Shown here: positions 1 through 13,695 of the stretch, piece after piece | Numbering within the stretch: the first letter of the stretch is position 1 | Layout of the letters: each line of letters starts with the position of its first letter | Origin: Antedon mediterranea | Taxonomy: Eukaryota; Animalia; Echinodermata | NCBI RefSeq assembly: GCF_964355755.1 | Contig: NC_092672.1 | Coordinates: 35,408,437 to 35,472,436, forward strand | Length of the DNA stretch: 64,000 nucleotides | Direction: 5' to 3' | The notes under the pieces: model-generated | The model's database searches: none | Seen by the model: the letters and a program-made list of their open reading frames with translations, nothing else | What the model was told of the DNA's origin: nothing | Position numbers and translations under genes: made by a program

Positions 1-337
1 TGTTCTTTTACTTTGCTGAAATTTCAATAAATGGATGTAGCCTACAAAGAATTTTAAAGAATTAGCATTTTGTTACCGTTAATTTTGACGGTATTACGTT
101 AGCTGTGTTTTCTTGATTTTAAGTGCAGTGCCAATAATCTTTTAAACTCCCAAATTTACAATGGGGGTCATTTAATTTAATGTATTCAAATTTGGCTATA
201 TGCACTACCTACTACCAATAATGATTTACTTGATAATTCAAGTTACAATTCACATTTAGTTGTTACTGTGTTGTAACAGTAATTATTCATATTTTGGGTT
301 TGTTGCATATTTTGCGCAATAATAAATAAAATGTTTT

Positions 338-3300
338 GAAGTTATTGATTTAGGCCTATGAAATACGGTTTGTAGAAGTTATTGATTTAGGCCTATGAAA
401 TACGGTTTGTAGAAGTTATTGATTTAGGTCTATGAAATACGGTTTGTAGAAGTTATTGATTTAGGCCTATGAAATACGGTTTGTAGAAGTTATTGATTTA
501 GGCCTATGAAATACGGTTTGTAGAAGTTATTGATTTAGGCCTATGAAATACGGTTTGTAGAAGTTATTGATTTAGGCCTATGAAATACGGTTTTTAGAAG
601 TTATTGATTTAGGCCTATGAAATACGGTTTGTAGAAGTTATTGATTTAGGCCTATGAAATACGGTTTGTAGAAGTTATTGATTTAGGCCTATGAAATACG
701 GTTTGTAGAAGTTATTGATTTAGGCCTATGAAATACGGTTTGTAGAAGTTATTGATTTAGGCCTATGAAATACGGTTTGTAGAAGTTATTGATTTAGGCC
801 TATGAAATACGGTTTGTAGAAGTTATTGATTTAGGCTTATGAAATACGGTTTGTAGAAGTTATTGATTTAGGCTTATGAAATACGGTTTGTAGAAGTTAT
901 TGATTTAGGCCTATGAAATACGGTTTGTAGAAGTTATTGATTTAGGCCTATGAAATACGGTTTGTAGAAGTTATTGATTTAGGCCTATGAAATACGGTTT
1001 GTAGAAGTTATTGATTTAGGCCTATGAAATACGGTTTGTAAAAGTTATTGATTTAGGCCTATGAAATACGGTTTGTAGAAGTTATTGATTTAGGCCTATG
1101 AAATACGGTTTGTAGAAGTTATTGATTTAGGCCTATGAAATACGGTTTGTAGAAGTTATTGATTTAGGCCTATGAAATACGGTTTGTAGAAGTTATTGAT
1201 TTAGGCCTATGAAATACGGTTTGTAGAAGTTATTGATTTAGGCCTATGAAATACGGTTTGTAGAAGTTATTGATTTAGGCTTATGAAATACGGTTTGTAG
1301 AAGTTATTGATTTAGGCTTATGAAATACGGTTTGTAGAAGTTATTGATTTAGGCCTATGAAATACGGTTTGTAGAAGTTATTGATTTAGACCTATGAAAT
1401 ACGGTTTGTAGAAGTTATTGATTTAGGCCTATGAAATACGGTTTGTAGAAGTTATTGATTTAGGCCTATGAAATACGGTTTGTATAAGTTATTGATTTAG
1501 GCCTATGAAATACGGTTTGTAGAAGTTATTGATTTAGGCCTATGAAATACGGTTTGTAGAAGTTATTGATTTAGGCCTATGAAATACGGTTTGTAGAAGT
1601 TATTGATTTAGGCCTATGAAATACGGTTTGTAGAAGTTATTGATTTAGGCCTATGAAATACGGTTTGTAGAAGTTATTGATTTAGGCCTATGAAATACGG
1701 TTTGTAGAAGTTATTGATTTAGGCCTATGACATACGGTTTGTAGAAGTTATTGATTTAGGCCTATGACATACGGTTTGTAGAAGTTATTGATTTAGGCCT
1801 ATGAAATACGGTTTGTAGAAGTTATTGAAATAGGCCTATGAAATACGGTTTGTAGAAGTTATTGATTTAGGCCTATGAAATACGGTTTGTAGAAGTTATT
1901 GATTTAGGCCTATGAAATACGGTTTGTAGAAGTTATTGATTTAGGCCTATGAAATACGGTTTGTAGAAGTTATTGATTTAGGTCTATGAAATACGGTTTG
2001 TAGAAGTTATTGATCTAGGTCTATGAAATACGGTTTTAAGAAGTTATTGATTAAAGGCCTATGAAATACGGTTTGTAGAAGTTATTGATTAAAGGCCTAT
2101 GAAATACGGTTTGTAGAAGTTATTGATTTAGGCCTATGAAATACGGATTGTATGATTATTGATTTAAGCCAATGAAATACGGTTTGTAGAAGTTATTGAT
2201 TTAGGCCAATGAAATACGGTTCGTAGAAGTTATTGATTTAGGCCTATGAAATACGGTTTGTAGAAGTTATTGATTTAGGCCTATGAAATACGGTTTGTAG
2301 AAGTTATTGATTTAGGCCTATGAAATACGGTTTGTAGAAGTTATTGATTTAGGCCTATGAAATACGGTTTGTAGAAGTTATTGATTTAGGCCTATGAAAT
2401 ACGGTTTGTAGAAGTTATTGATTTAGGCCTATGAAATACGGTTTGTAGAAGTTATTGATTTAGGCCTATGAAATACGGTTTGTAGAAGTTATTGATTTAG
2501 GCCTATGAAATACGGTTTGTAGAAGTTATTGATTTAGGCCTATGAAATACGGTTTGTAGAAGTTATTGATTTAGGCTTATGAAATACGGTTTGTAGAAGT
2601 TATTGATTTAGGCTTATGAAATACGGTTTGTAGAAGTTATTGATTTAGGCCTATGAAATACGGTTTGTAGAAGTTATTGATTTAGACCTATGAAATACGG
2701 TTTGTAGAAGTTATTGATTTAGGCCTATGAAATACGGTTTGTAGAAGTTATTGATTTAGGCCTATGAAATACGGTTTGTATAAGTTATTGATTTAGGCCT
2801 ATGAAATACGGTTTGTAGAAGTTATTGATTTAGGCCTATGAAATACGGTTTGTAGAAGTTATTGATTTAGGCCTATGAAATACGGTTTGTAGAAGTTATT
2901 GATTTAGGCCTATGAAATACGGTTTGTAGAAGTTATTGATTTAGGCCTATGAAATACGGTTTGTAGAAGTTATTGATTTAGGCCTATGAAATACGGTTTG
3001 TAGAAGTTATTGATTTAGGCCTATGAAATACGGTTTGTAGAAGTTATTGATTTAGGCCTATGACATACGGTTTGTAGAAGTTATTGATTTAGGCCTATGA
3101 CATACGGTTTGTAGAAGTTATTGATTTAGGCCTATGAAATACGGTTTGTAGAAGTTATTGAAATAGGCCTATGAAATACGGTTTGTAGAAGTTATTGATT
3201 TAGGCCTATGAAATACGGTTTGTAGAAGTTATTGATTTAGGCCTATGAAATACGGTTTGTAGAAGTTATTGATTTAGGCCTATGAAATACGGTTTGTAGA

Positions 3301-3522
3301 AGTTATTGATTTAGACCTATGAAATACGGTTTGTAGAAGTTATTGATTTAGGCCTATGAAATACGGTTTGTAGAAGTTATTGATTAAAGGCCTATGAAAT
3401 ACGGTTTGTAGAAGTTATTGATTTAGGCCTATGAAATACGGTTTGTAGAAGTTATTGATTAAAGGCCTATGAATTACGGTTTGTAGAAGTTATTGATTTA
3501 GGCCTATGAAATACGGTTTGTA
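338..3522. repeat. 37-bp minisatellite, ~86 copies
   Basis: Head-to-tail unit GAAGTTATTGATTTAGGCCTATGAAATACGGTTTGTA, period 37 (338, 375, ...), near-identical copies, no spacers. Confidence 0.97.
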
Positions 3523-3621
3523 GAAGTATTGTATTGTATTGTTTGTAGTTTAAAATCATAAATTGGTTTGTATGGGTGACGAATCCTGAGAGTTAGAAAT
3601 ATTATTGTCTGTGTTATTCAC

Positions 3622-4342
3622 AATGTTTAAGATTTAACACTGTATCAATCAATTGTTTGTAGAACACTGTACTACAAATGTTTAAGATTTACCACTGTAT
3701 CAATCAATTGTTTGTAGAACACTGTACTACAAATGTTTAAGATTTACCACTGTATCAATCAATTGTTTGTAGAACACTGTACTACAAATGTTTAAGATTT
3801 ACCACTGTATCAATCAATTGTTTGTAGAACACTGTACTACAAATGTTTAAGATTTACCACTGTATCAATCAATTGTTTGTAGAACACTGTACTACAAATG
3901 TTTAAGATTTACCACTGTATCAATCAATTGTTTGTAGAACACTGTACTACAAATGTTTAAGATTTACCACTCTATCAATCAATTGTTTGTAGAACACTGT
4001 ACTACAAATGTTTAAGATTTACCACTGTATCAATCAATTGTTTGTAGAATACTGTACTACAAATGTTTAAGATTTACCACTCTATCAATCAATTGTTTGT
4101 AGAACACTGTACTACAAATGTTTAAGATTTACCACTGTATCAATCAATTGTTTGTAGAACACTGTACTACAAATGTTTAAGATTTACCACTCTATCAATC
4201 AATTGTTTGTAGAACACTGTACTACAAATGTTTAAGATTTACCACTCTATCAATCAATTGTTTGTAGAACACTGTACTACAAATGTTTAAGATTTACCAC
4301 TGTATCAATCAATTGTTTGGAGAATACTGTACTACAAATGTT
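3622..4342. repeat. 55-bp minisatellite, ~13 copies
   Basis: Unit ACTACAAATGTTTAAGATTTACCACTGTATCAATCAATTGTTTGTAGAACACTGT, period 55 (3671, 3726, ...). Confidence 0.96.
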
Positions 4343-5362
4343 CAATAAAACCCGGAATATATGAAAATTAATCTGTACTCGGCGACAATAGTTTTTGTAA
4401 TATCTATTTGAATTGTACGAGTTGTTATTTGAGATCCTTTTCTGTATGATGTAATTTGGCCCTTAAGACAGCGTTCCGCAACCTTTTTTGACCACGATCC
4501 TATTTTGGGTATTCTCGCGACCCAACATTGCGTATTTGAGCGAATTTTGTTACTCTTGAGTGCCAGGAATATTGCGGGAATATACCATTACCATGCCGGT
4601 ATGGTTTTCTGTGAGAACGGGTCGTCTTGGCATCATGCCGGCACCATGCCGGCATCGACATGACCTGCTTTAGACCTAGTAATATTCTAGGGATATTCCC
4701 CGCAATGCCAGACGGGCATTCTGTGAGAGAACGTAACGCCGTTATATTCCGGGGTTCCCTGTCGAGGCTTCAGACACCTTGCGCGGTCAAGTGTATCACT
4801 TTGGCGCCGATTCAATTCAATTAACAATAATAATGTCGAACTGGAGGGATAATGAGATAAGAGAGCTGCTTAAAATAAGGGGACAAGAAGAAATTTGTAG
4901 CATAATCTATAGCAGGCCTAGGCCATATAGGCCTAGGCCTAGCTCTTTGTTGGTGCCTAACTAGCCTGACCCTTCGTCGCCTTGTAAATTGTACAGCCTT
5001 CTAAGGTGTTTTACAGATTGCCGATGACGGCTAATTAATTGCTGTACCTGTATAATATATGCACAATATACTGTACATAGCATGTATTGCATAAATATGC
5101 TATAAAGGAAGATAATAATCTGTAACCTAACATTCGCCGCCATATATCCCTACTAGACAAAAATAATAACAATAAAGGACGCCCTCAATAATTATTTTGT
5201 CAGAGACTTTTTATTGGCCGAATATGCCCGACTCCTTTCTCACAGAAAGCCGGTTTTTACCGGTTATATTTCCGGCACGATAGTCCGATGAGAATGGGTA
5301 TATGCCGGTAACGATACCGGCACGACGCCAGCACTGTACCGGTATATTGCAGACACATCTGT

Positions 5363-6278
5363 AGCCCCTTTCTCACAGAGTTGTGTGCCAGGAATATTGC
5401 GGGAATATACCATTACCATGCCGGTATGGTTTTCTGTGAGAACGGGTCGTCTTGGCATCATGCCGGCACCATGCCGGCATCGACATGACCTGCTTTAGAC
5501 CTAGTAATATTCTAGGGATATTCCCCGCAATGCCAGACGGGCATTCTGTGAGAACGTATTGCCGTTATATTCCGGGGTTCCCCCCGTCGAGGCTTTGACA
5601 CCTTGCGCAGTCAAGTGTATCACTTTGGCGCCTATTCAATTCAATTAACAATAATAATGTCGAACTGGAGGGATAATGAGATAAGCGAGCTGCTTAAAAT
5701 AAGGGGACAAGAAGAAATGTGTAGCATAATCTAAGAAGGCTGTAGGCCTACAATTTACAAGGCGACGAAAGGTCAGGCACCAACAAACAAAGAGCTAATG
5801 GCCTAGCCTAGCGGCCTATATTATAGGCCGCTAGGCTAGGCCATTAGCTCTTTGTTTGTTGGTGCCTGACCTTTCGTCGCCTTGTAAATTGTAGGCCTAC
5901 AGCCTTCTAAGGTGTTTTACAGATTGCCGATGACGGCAAATTAATTGCTATACCTGTATAATATATGCACAATATACTGTACATAGCATGTATTGCATAA
6001 ATATGCTATAAAGGAAGATAATAATCTGTAACTTAACATTCGCCGCCATATCATCGCTAGACAAAAATAATAACAATAAAGGGCGCCCTCAATAATTATT
6101 TTGTCAGAGACTTTTTATTGGCCGAATATGCCCGAGTCCTTTCTCACAGAAAGCCGGTATATACCGGTTATATTTCCGGCACGATAGTCCGATGAGAATG
6201 GGTATATGCCGGTAACGATACCGGCACGACGCCAGCACTGTACCGGTATATTGCAGGCACATCTGTGAGAAAGGGGCT
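5363..6278 (+). mobile_element. Non-autonomous PIF/Harbinger-like element, copy 2 (complete TIRs)
   Basis: TIRs AGCCCCTTTCTCACAGA (5363) and TCTGTGAGAAAGGGGCT (ends 6278), followed by TAA (Harbinger-type TWA target); internal Myb/SANT-like ORF start near 5657. Confidence 0.8.
5734..5908. repeat. Perfect inverted repeat, 87-bp arms, 1-nt loop
   Basis: 5734-5820 is the reverse complement of 5822-5908 (centre GCGGCCTATA-T-TATAGGCCGC). Confidence 0.93.
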
Positions 6279-9200
6279 TAAGAGAAAGGGGCTTTAGACA
6301 GCGGAGAGCCGCGTTGGGAAATATGACCGTTATCGCGAAATTTTCGACTTCGCATGACGTCATTAATTTTAGAAGCCCTCTCTCGGCACAGAGGCATCAA
6401 CGTTTCGCGCGAAAACATTAGCATAAAGTATACGTCATTTTATAGCTGTTTAATAAACATTAATAGGCGAAAAATTAACCATATATGGTAAGATCAGTTC
6501 CTTATATGTTTAAGATGTCGCAGGTCACCTAATTTTCGGAATAATTTGTTGGATTTGTTGTCAGTGACAGTTTCTTTCCAAAGTTCGTGTGCAGCCGTCA
6601 AACAAAGCTGAAGTTTTCTAACTTGTGTTTGTTTACAAATTTTCCATTAGTGGGATTTGCATCCCATACAGTGAATTACCAAAAAATCGGCGTATATGGA
6701 TAGAGTAAGTATCAATAGTCTGTTTTACGTTAAAATTGGCTTGAAACCCTATTTAAAGCCCCATTCCCTACGTTTTTTAGATCTAATTTAAGATCACAAA
6801 CTATATTTAATGTAAAAATAATACTATATGGTCCTATTGCGATAACTTTTTTCGTCTTTAAACGGTTAAAAATGTGAAAAATAAATCGATTTTAATAATT
6901 ATAGCGGCCCGCTATAAATCCCAAAATGCATTGCGCGCGGATTGATATTGTTGTTTTTCACCTGTAATTCGCCCACTTTTCGATCGATCGTGAAGCCAAA
7001 ACAAATGGAAGACTCCTAACTTTTCAGCGAAAATACCGGGTTTTCCCTAATTTGTATCAACGGAGTCTGGCAAAAATAGAAAGACAATTAATGTAGCAAC
7101 TATACAACGTCAGGCTAGGTATATAGCTAGCGTACGATGTTCGTACGTTACCGATGTTTACCAGCTAGGCCTACAAAACTAAGCCTAGCTAGGCTAGGCC
7201 TGAGACCGTCCACGAGAGGTCGATCGCCGCGAGCTACTTAGGTAGTGCATTGTTTCTCACTTTTTATCATAATTTACCATAAAACGTACATTTAAGACAA
7301 GGAATGACATGGTTTAATGTTTTTAAAGTGATATATATGTATTATTTTCCAAAAAACGTCCAAAATTGCAGGGAAGGGGTCTTTAAGCTTCCTACAGCGA
7401 ACATTTTAAAAAAGGTCCTCATTTCACATAATTGTTACGTCTCGCGGCACTAGTTCCGTCGTGTGTGGTGCATGGTGTGTTGATTGTGGTTGTTGCAGGT
7501 GTGGGTGTGGGCACGACCTGGTGGATCGTTGTCGTAATATCGGCCTAGGCTTAGCCTTAGTAACATGTTGATAATTAAAATACTTTAGTTACAATTTAGT
7601 ATTATTAAAGTTTCGTTAATCCTACTCTATATTGAATATGCGTTGGGAAGGTTTTAAAAAGATAATTAAGCCAATCGCAGCCTGACATATAGTTAAATAT
7701 CCTCATTATTGGCAACTGATGGGTACAATTTATTTACTGTATTAATAATTATACAATAAATATACAGACACAAGGAAGTTTTGTGTTTAGTGCTTTTTTA
7801 TGGTAGGCCTACAGTACAGTCATATTTTATCTGAATATGTTTTCAGGTTGTGGAATAATTATATAATTATACAGTATTTAAGAAAATGTTTTCGTCATAG
7901 TGACAATTATTTAAATAGTTCTTTACATTTCAGCTATTCATTTTCATTTCAGGTTTTTTGTTGGTATCAAGATTTTCTATCTTGTTCTTCAATATGAGGT
8001 TGGACGGTGGAAGCTGTAAAGTGGTTTTCTCGATTTCAATATCATTGCTGATAGTTTTTCATTTTATTCGCTAATATAACATATAAATTTATATTCATTT
8101 AAGTTGTAGAAGTGTTTCAGATCAGTAAATTTTTATAAAGATATAATTAATTAAGTTGCAATTGATTGATTGATTTACTTTATTAACCAGAGTCGCACAG
8201 ATGCATACAATATAAACATAAAACAATCATAAAATCAGTACAACAGTAAGACTCAAGTAAAAATGATATCTCAAAAAGTACATATGGTGGCATATTTTAT
8301 ATTTACAGTATTAGGCCTTTCGATTTTTTTATGTCTGATGAACAAGGTGCTATTAGAAGTTTTTATATACAGTAGTATTTACTATTTGTATCAGTAATTG
8401 TTTGAAAGGTTATATTTTTTCACATCCTGTATATGTATACATAAAAAGAAAAAATGTATTGCTTGTGTGAAATGTAAGTTGTATCTAATAAAGTAATAGA
8501 ATATTTCTGTATACAAGTGTTAGGCCTTACGGCGAGGCTGAAATGATGCCTGGAAAAGCAATCCCGTTCCTCATCAAGCATAATACTTTTTTACCACATA
8601 TACTGTTCTAAATAAATACTAATAGTACAAAAAGTAAAAGTTCCACAAAAAAATACCTGGCGTTTGGTAGAAAATTACCGTTAAAGTTGGTAAATATGCT
8701 AACGATTTCTTACGAAATAGCGAGGCTGAAACAACTGGTGGCGCACTATAACTAGACTGTACTATTATTATCACGGTTTATAAGAAATATATAGGCAAGT
8801 TATTTATTATCAAAATAGATTTATTCTTTATTTTTTTAAATAAATTTGGTGAATACAAATTTATATTAACTCTAAAATTGAAATTTAGAGTTAATAATTA
8901 TCCCCCGACATTAAAACATTTATAATTACAAATGGCTTCAACTGTTCGTATAATGGTTTCTCCCGACAGGTAGGCTATTAATAGCATTAGAAATACAGCA
9001 GCAATATTACATAGTGACTGATATGATTTAACTGTGAAACATATAGAACACATATTCCTAGTAATAAACACCAATGCAATAGTAAATTTAAATTATTAAA
9101 TAAAATACAAACATCAAATATTTGTTTTGTTTCAATGACATTTACTGCCATATTGATATACTTTTAAGTACCAACCAATTAACAATACTCAAGTAAATGA

Positions 9201-9584
9201 TGGGCTAATAATTATCTTTTTAAAAAACATGACCATATAAAAATACATGGTTGAGTCTCTCAAACAAAAGATGCCTGATTTTATAAATAACATTCCCCAC
9301 CATATTTATATATAAATTGAAAATGGGTTATCTTTTGGCACTTTGTTTTTCAATTTATTGTTTTTTAACAGTTTTTGTAATTTTTTCTGGGCCTAGGTTC
9401 TTCTTCAGGCTTCTTCTTGCTTGGCATATGAGCTGGGATAGACCTACCAGCCTATATTATGGAATACCCAGATTATGTCTACTTCTACTCCAGCTACTAT
9501 AGGCCCTATAACACAAACTACTATCAGAATTACTAGTCTAACTAGGCCTAGAAAATACTATTTTTAGGCCTAGCTAGGCTAGAA

Positions 9585-11196
9585 CAGTGGTGGCGCCAGC
9601 GGGGGGGCTACGGGGGCTCTAGCCCCCTCGTCGGGGAGCCTAGCCCCCCCGTCGGGGAACACGGGTACTTTTTGTCGGGGAATATAATATACAGTAAAAA
9701 ACGTTCGCGTTCACTTCATACAGCTTCAGCGCCTAGAAAACCACGACGTTCCATTGACCGTGAGAGTACGTCAGAGGGCTATTATGCACTTTTATGCATT
9801 CATTATTGCCAGCGATCTAACTTACTACTAAACATTAGCTAGGTACGCACTTGTCTGGCGGTATCCCTTTGTAGGAATCGTTCAACGTTGGGTCAAGACG
9901 CGTGATATCAAGTTCCATCCAGGGACCAAAATGTGTAATGTAGTTATTTTCCAGGCGAAGTTTACCGACGGTTACCGAAGGGAACACGGGTACTTTTTGT
10001 CGGGGAATATAATATACAGTAAAAAGCGTTCGCGTTCACTTCGTAGCTAGCTTCAGCGCCTAAAACCGCGACGTTTCATTGACCGTGAGAGTACGTCAGA
10101 GTGATATTATGCACTTTATATGCATTCATTATTGCCAGCGATCTAACTTACTACTAAACAATAGCTAGGTACGCACTTGTCTGGCGGTATCCCTTTGTAC
10201 GAGTCGTTCAACGTTGGGTCGAGACGCGTGATATCATGTTCCATCCAGGGACCAAAATGTGTACTGTAGTTATTTTCCAGGCGAAGTTTACCGACGGCGG
10301 TTACGTCGTGTACTGCGTCGACGTACGCTACACACAGCAAAAACGAATTATGTTAATTGTTCGTATGTTCACCAATTTTTTAATTTACAAGTAACCTTCT
10401 GTACCGTGGGGCACCTAAAATAAATTTTTCATCCATTACTAAACAAAAAAACATGCCATTTTCGCTTAGCCAACATCTTATTTTAGCTAAGTTATTACAT
10501 TTTCAATGTCCTGTATGTCATGAATTTCTCACCACTCGGAAGTCCAGATGGTACGCACGCATACACTTGGGAGGAATAAACTTATTTCCCCGACTGAAAA
10601 AGGTCTACGCTTGCGTTTTTTAAGCCTCTATGCCTGATGTTTCCAAAGTATAAAATGCAATTTTTTGAAGACCTGCAGCTCTAGTTTTAAACATTTTCTT
10701 AGCTCAGCCCCAACAATAAAGCTGGTCATATTTCGAAGTACAAGAAGTGCATTTTCCGGGACCTAACATCTCTATTTTTCAAACATTTATTAGCTCAGTC
10801 ACAACCATGATAGGGACTTATATATTTTGTTTCATGTTTTGAAGTATAATAAGTCCAATTTCCGGGACCTCCAACTCTATTTTTCTAAATTTTCTTTTAA
10901 CTTTTATTTTTTAAATTGAAAAATATGGATTGAAACAGTCATCGCGCATCGTTTTTTTGCACGCAGTATTTTATTTATGCATTATAAAAAATGGAAAAAA
11001 TTGCTACCCTAAATCTGATTAAAATGACCTCAAATGACGCTAGAACGCGTTGCTTCCGGGGGCTTTGCCCCCTGGACCCCCACCGGGGCCCTTGGCGGCC
11101 CCCTGGCCCCCAGCCTAGTGATGCTCGCTTCGCTCGCATAGCCCCCTCGTCGGGGAATGTAGCCCCCGCGTCTGGAAGGTCCTGGCGCCACCCCTG
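9585..11196 (+). mobile_element. hAT-type non-autonomous element
   Basis: TIRs CAGTGGTGGCGCCAG / CTGGCGCCACCCCTG; perfect 8-bp TSD GGCTAGAA (9577-9584, 11197-11204); internal ~320-bp tandem duplication (~9656-9975 / ~9980-10300). Confidence 0.88.
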
Positions 11197-11399
11197 GGCT
11201 AGAAGTTAAGTAAGTAGGCCTAATTATAGTAGCTAGTCTAAGTAGGCCTTTCCTAGCTCAGAAACCAAATAGAACAATAATCGGGCAGCAGATTGAAACC
11301 TTAGGCCTGTGACGCAGTACGCCTGCATGAACAACCGGATTAAACAGGGACGCGATTCGGTCCGGGTCGATTCGTACCAGCTTCGTAAAACGTAAACAA

Positions 11400-13695
11400 A
11401 GTTTCAAAATGGCGGTTTTTCGATCGTAACTGAACAGAAATGTAGTAGGTTTGGTTTGATTAGTGGGAGTTGCATCCCAAGAAAGCTTAAAATTAGATTT
11501 TTATTTTAATAGATAGCTTAATAGTTTATCTTGAAAGGATTTTAAATTCGCTTTGAAACCTTATCTAGAAAATATGAAATTTAATGATTTTTTACCATCA
11601 TTTAAAAAAAAATATAAATAAAAAAGTTTATACACAAAATAATGATATTTCTCGAAACAAAAAAACTGTGGAATTTAGATCACAGTTTTTATCATTATTT
11701 ACGCTTGCAGTTCAACTATTGAAATACGTTTATTGATTTCATCTAATATCAAAATTATACAATTTTCAAAGTGTACTAAAATAGCAAAAATTCCAACATT
11801 TTCCACGAAGCGCGCCCTCACAATGAATGAAATCAGTGATGCGTTACCAACGCGGCTTTCCGACTGGAAATGGTACTCTCACACAAAAAGCGCACCAACT
11901 TGTATTATAAGAAGAAAACCAGAGAACTTATGCTGCGCCCCGAAGCGTTAAGCAAAGTTACATTTAAATATGTTCTGAAGTTTGCAATGTTTTAATCAGC
12001 GGCTTTAAAAACTCCACTTCTACGGGTCCGAAAACCCCTTCAAATATTAACTTGGTTTAGAATGATGCATGAGAAATATAGTTAGTTCTTAACTGGGATG
12101 ATTTTTCTGGCACATCTGTCTTATCTAGTTCTGTTTCGTTACTAAACGAAAACGTTTGATAAAGACTTCCCTTGGTGTGCCAAGCTTGTGATGGTCATAG
12201 TACCATGTAAACGATAACATAACGTTTTAATAATTTTTGATACGTTCTCTTCATCACCCACATTCAATATACATCTCAAGCTTGTTCGAAGTTCGTAATA
12301 AACCAGCCGAATGGATAGATTCACAAAGTTGTATATTTCCTATATGGAGGCCATGTTAATTTAATGAATGAAAGATTAACCCTATGTGGTTGTAGCATCA
12401 CCTTTTCCAATACAGGTGCGTTAGAAAGTCCTTCTTCGTCAGGTTCGTGCGTTTGCGGTACATCAATGTGCGCAACTAAACCGCGCCTATATTATAAATT
12501 TATGTTAAAAAACGGCGCGGCACGCATAGGAACATTTAAATCGCTTGCTATAATGCAATGTCGTGGATTGTGTCGGAGCCAAATTTAGTATCCAATTAGT
12601 AAAGCTCGGGGTAAAGCTCAAGCTTTGCTCGAAATATTAATGACAAAATCAGCGCCTAAATCACCATGAATCTAAACTATTTTAGTAGTTTTATTTTTGG
12701 CCTATATTTGGTGACGTTTAACCCCAAAATAAAGCAATAATGGAAATTTCATTTTCACTGCCTAATATGGTTAATAACAGATAAAAAATGCATCCAGTAT
12801 CAAAACCGTTGCTTTTTTTCTAGAAAAATTAACAGCGAATTTATCAAAACTGTTCTTGTGCTCATTTCATTTTAATTTTGCCAAATATAAAATTATTAGT
12901 GACTTTATATAATTTAAGACGTCTTCTTCCTAATACAATATTTAACAGTTTGGAGTGCCACATTTACCATTTTAGACTTTTGGAATTGATTCTGGCCCAC
13001 TGGGCGTCGAGGACTATCCATTCAAAGACTATTTCCACCCCCCCCCACCCCCACCCCTGTAAGAAAAATGGTAAACACTGATATTTACGGTAGGGATTAT
13101 TTTTTTCAGTGGTTTGTCTTGTTGGCCTCTTCGCACGAGGTCCACGCAAAGTAAAATAAAACAATGTGGTTTATCAAACAGAAATATAACTCTGCTTCAA
13201 TTTAATACTAAATTTTGGGTAATGATAAACAGTGGGACAGCCAGTCGACAAATCGTGTCAAATTTCGACTCGGAGAGGGCGCCCTACTTTTCTAATTTAG
13301 TTCAAAATTGCTAAATTTTAGGGTGTTGGAAAAACACAATATTTGTAAATTTAGCTGATTATCGGAAAAATATTGTTAGTGAAATAAATTCATAAATGGT
13401 TTTAATATATTGTCATGTAAAATTAAATGTATTTGAACAAAACGATAATCTGTAATTTAACGGCAAAATCAACCAATGTCTTTTTTTCGAAATTGTACCC
13501 TAGAAAATCATTAAAATAAAATATTTAGAAAAATTGAACAGTCCTGAATTTAAAATCCCTGTTAGAAAAATTAATAATCTACAGAATACGATATTAAGAT
13601 ACAAAATTCGGTGGTTGGGATGCAGCTCCGACTATTCAAACTAAAGGTACCACTATTTGTTCCATCGAAAACTAGCGAAACCGCCATTTTGTAAA
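11400..13695. mobile_element. Inner inverted-repeat pair related to the ends of the 6297-15412 element
   Basis: AAAATGGCGGTTT...TAGTGGGAGTTGCATCCCAA (~11407-11480) vs TTGGGATGCAGCTCCGACTA...AAACCGCCATTTT (~13615-13690). Confidence 0.45.

Larger units (their letters stand above)
4560..6293 (+). mobile_element. Non-autonomous PIF/Harbinger-like element, copy 1 (left end truncated; right TIR split by copy 2)
   Basis: 4560-5362 closely matches ~5385-6266. Right TIR is split into TCTGT (5358-5362) and GAGAAAGGGGCT (6282-6293). Carries short ORF MSNWRDNEIRELLKIRGQEEIC resembling the start of a Myb/SANT-like protein. Confidence 0.7.

Noticed and set aside
338-3522. 37-bp repeats resembling a CRISPR array
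   Set aside because: Units are contiguous with no unique spacers, no cas genes, eukaryotic context
4469-4555. CAGCGTTCCGCAACC as a possible hAT/Charlie left end
   Set aside because: No partner TIR or second TSD found; too short to support
8330-8750. CTGATGA and repeated CGAGGCTGAAA as a possible hammerhead ribozyme or C/D snoRNA
   Set aside because: Could not build the required stems or a paired box arrangement
12050-12600. Coding-like composition inside the inner TIR pair
   Set aside because: Multiple stops in the frames I read and no recognisable motif; needs tBLASTx
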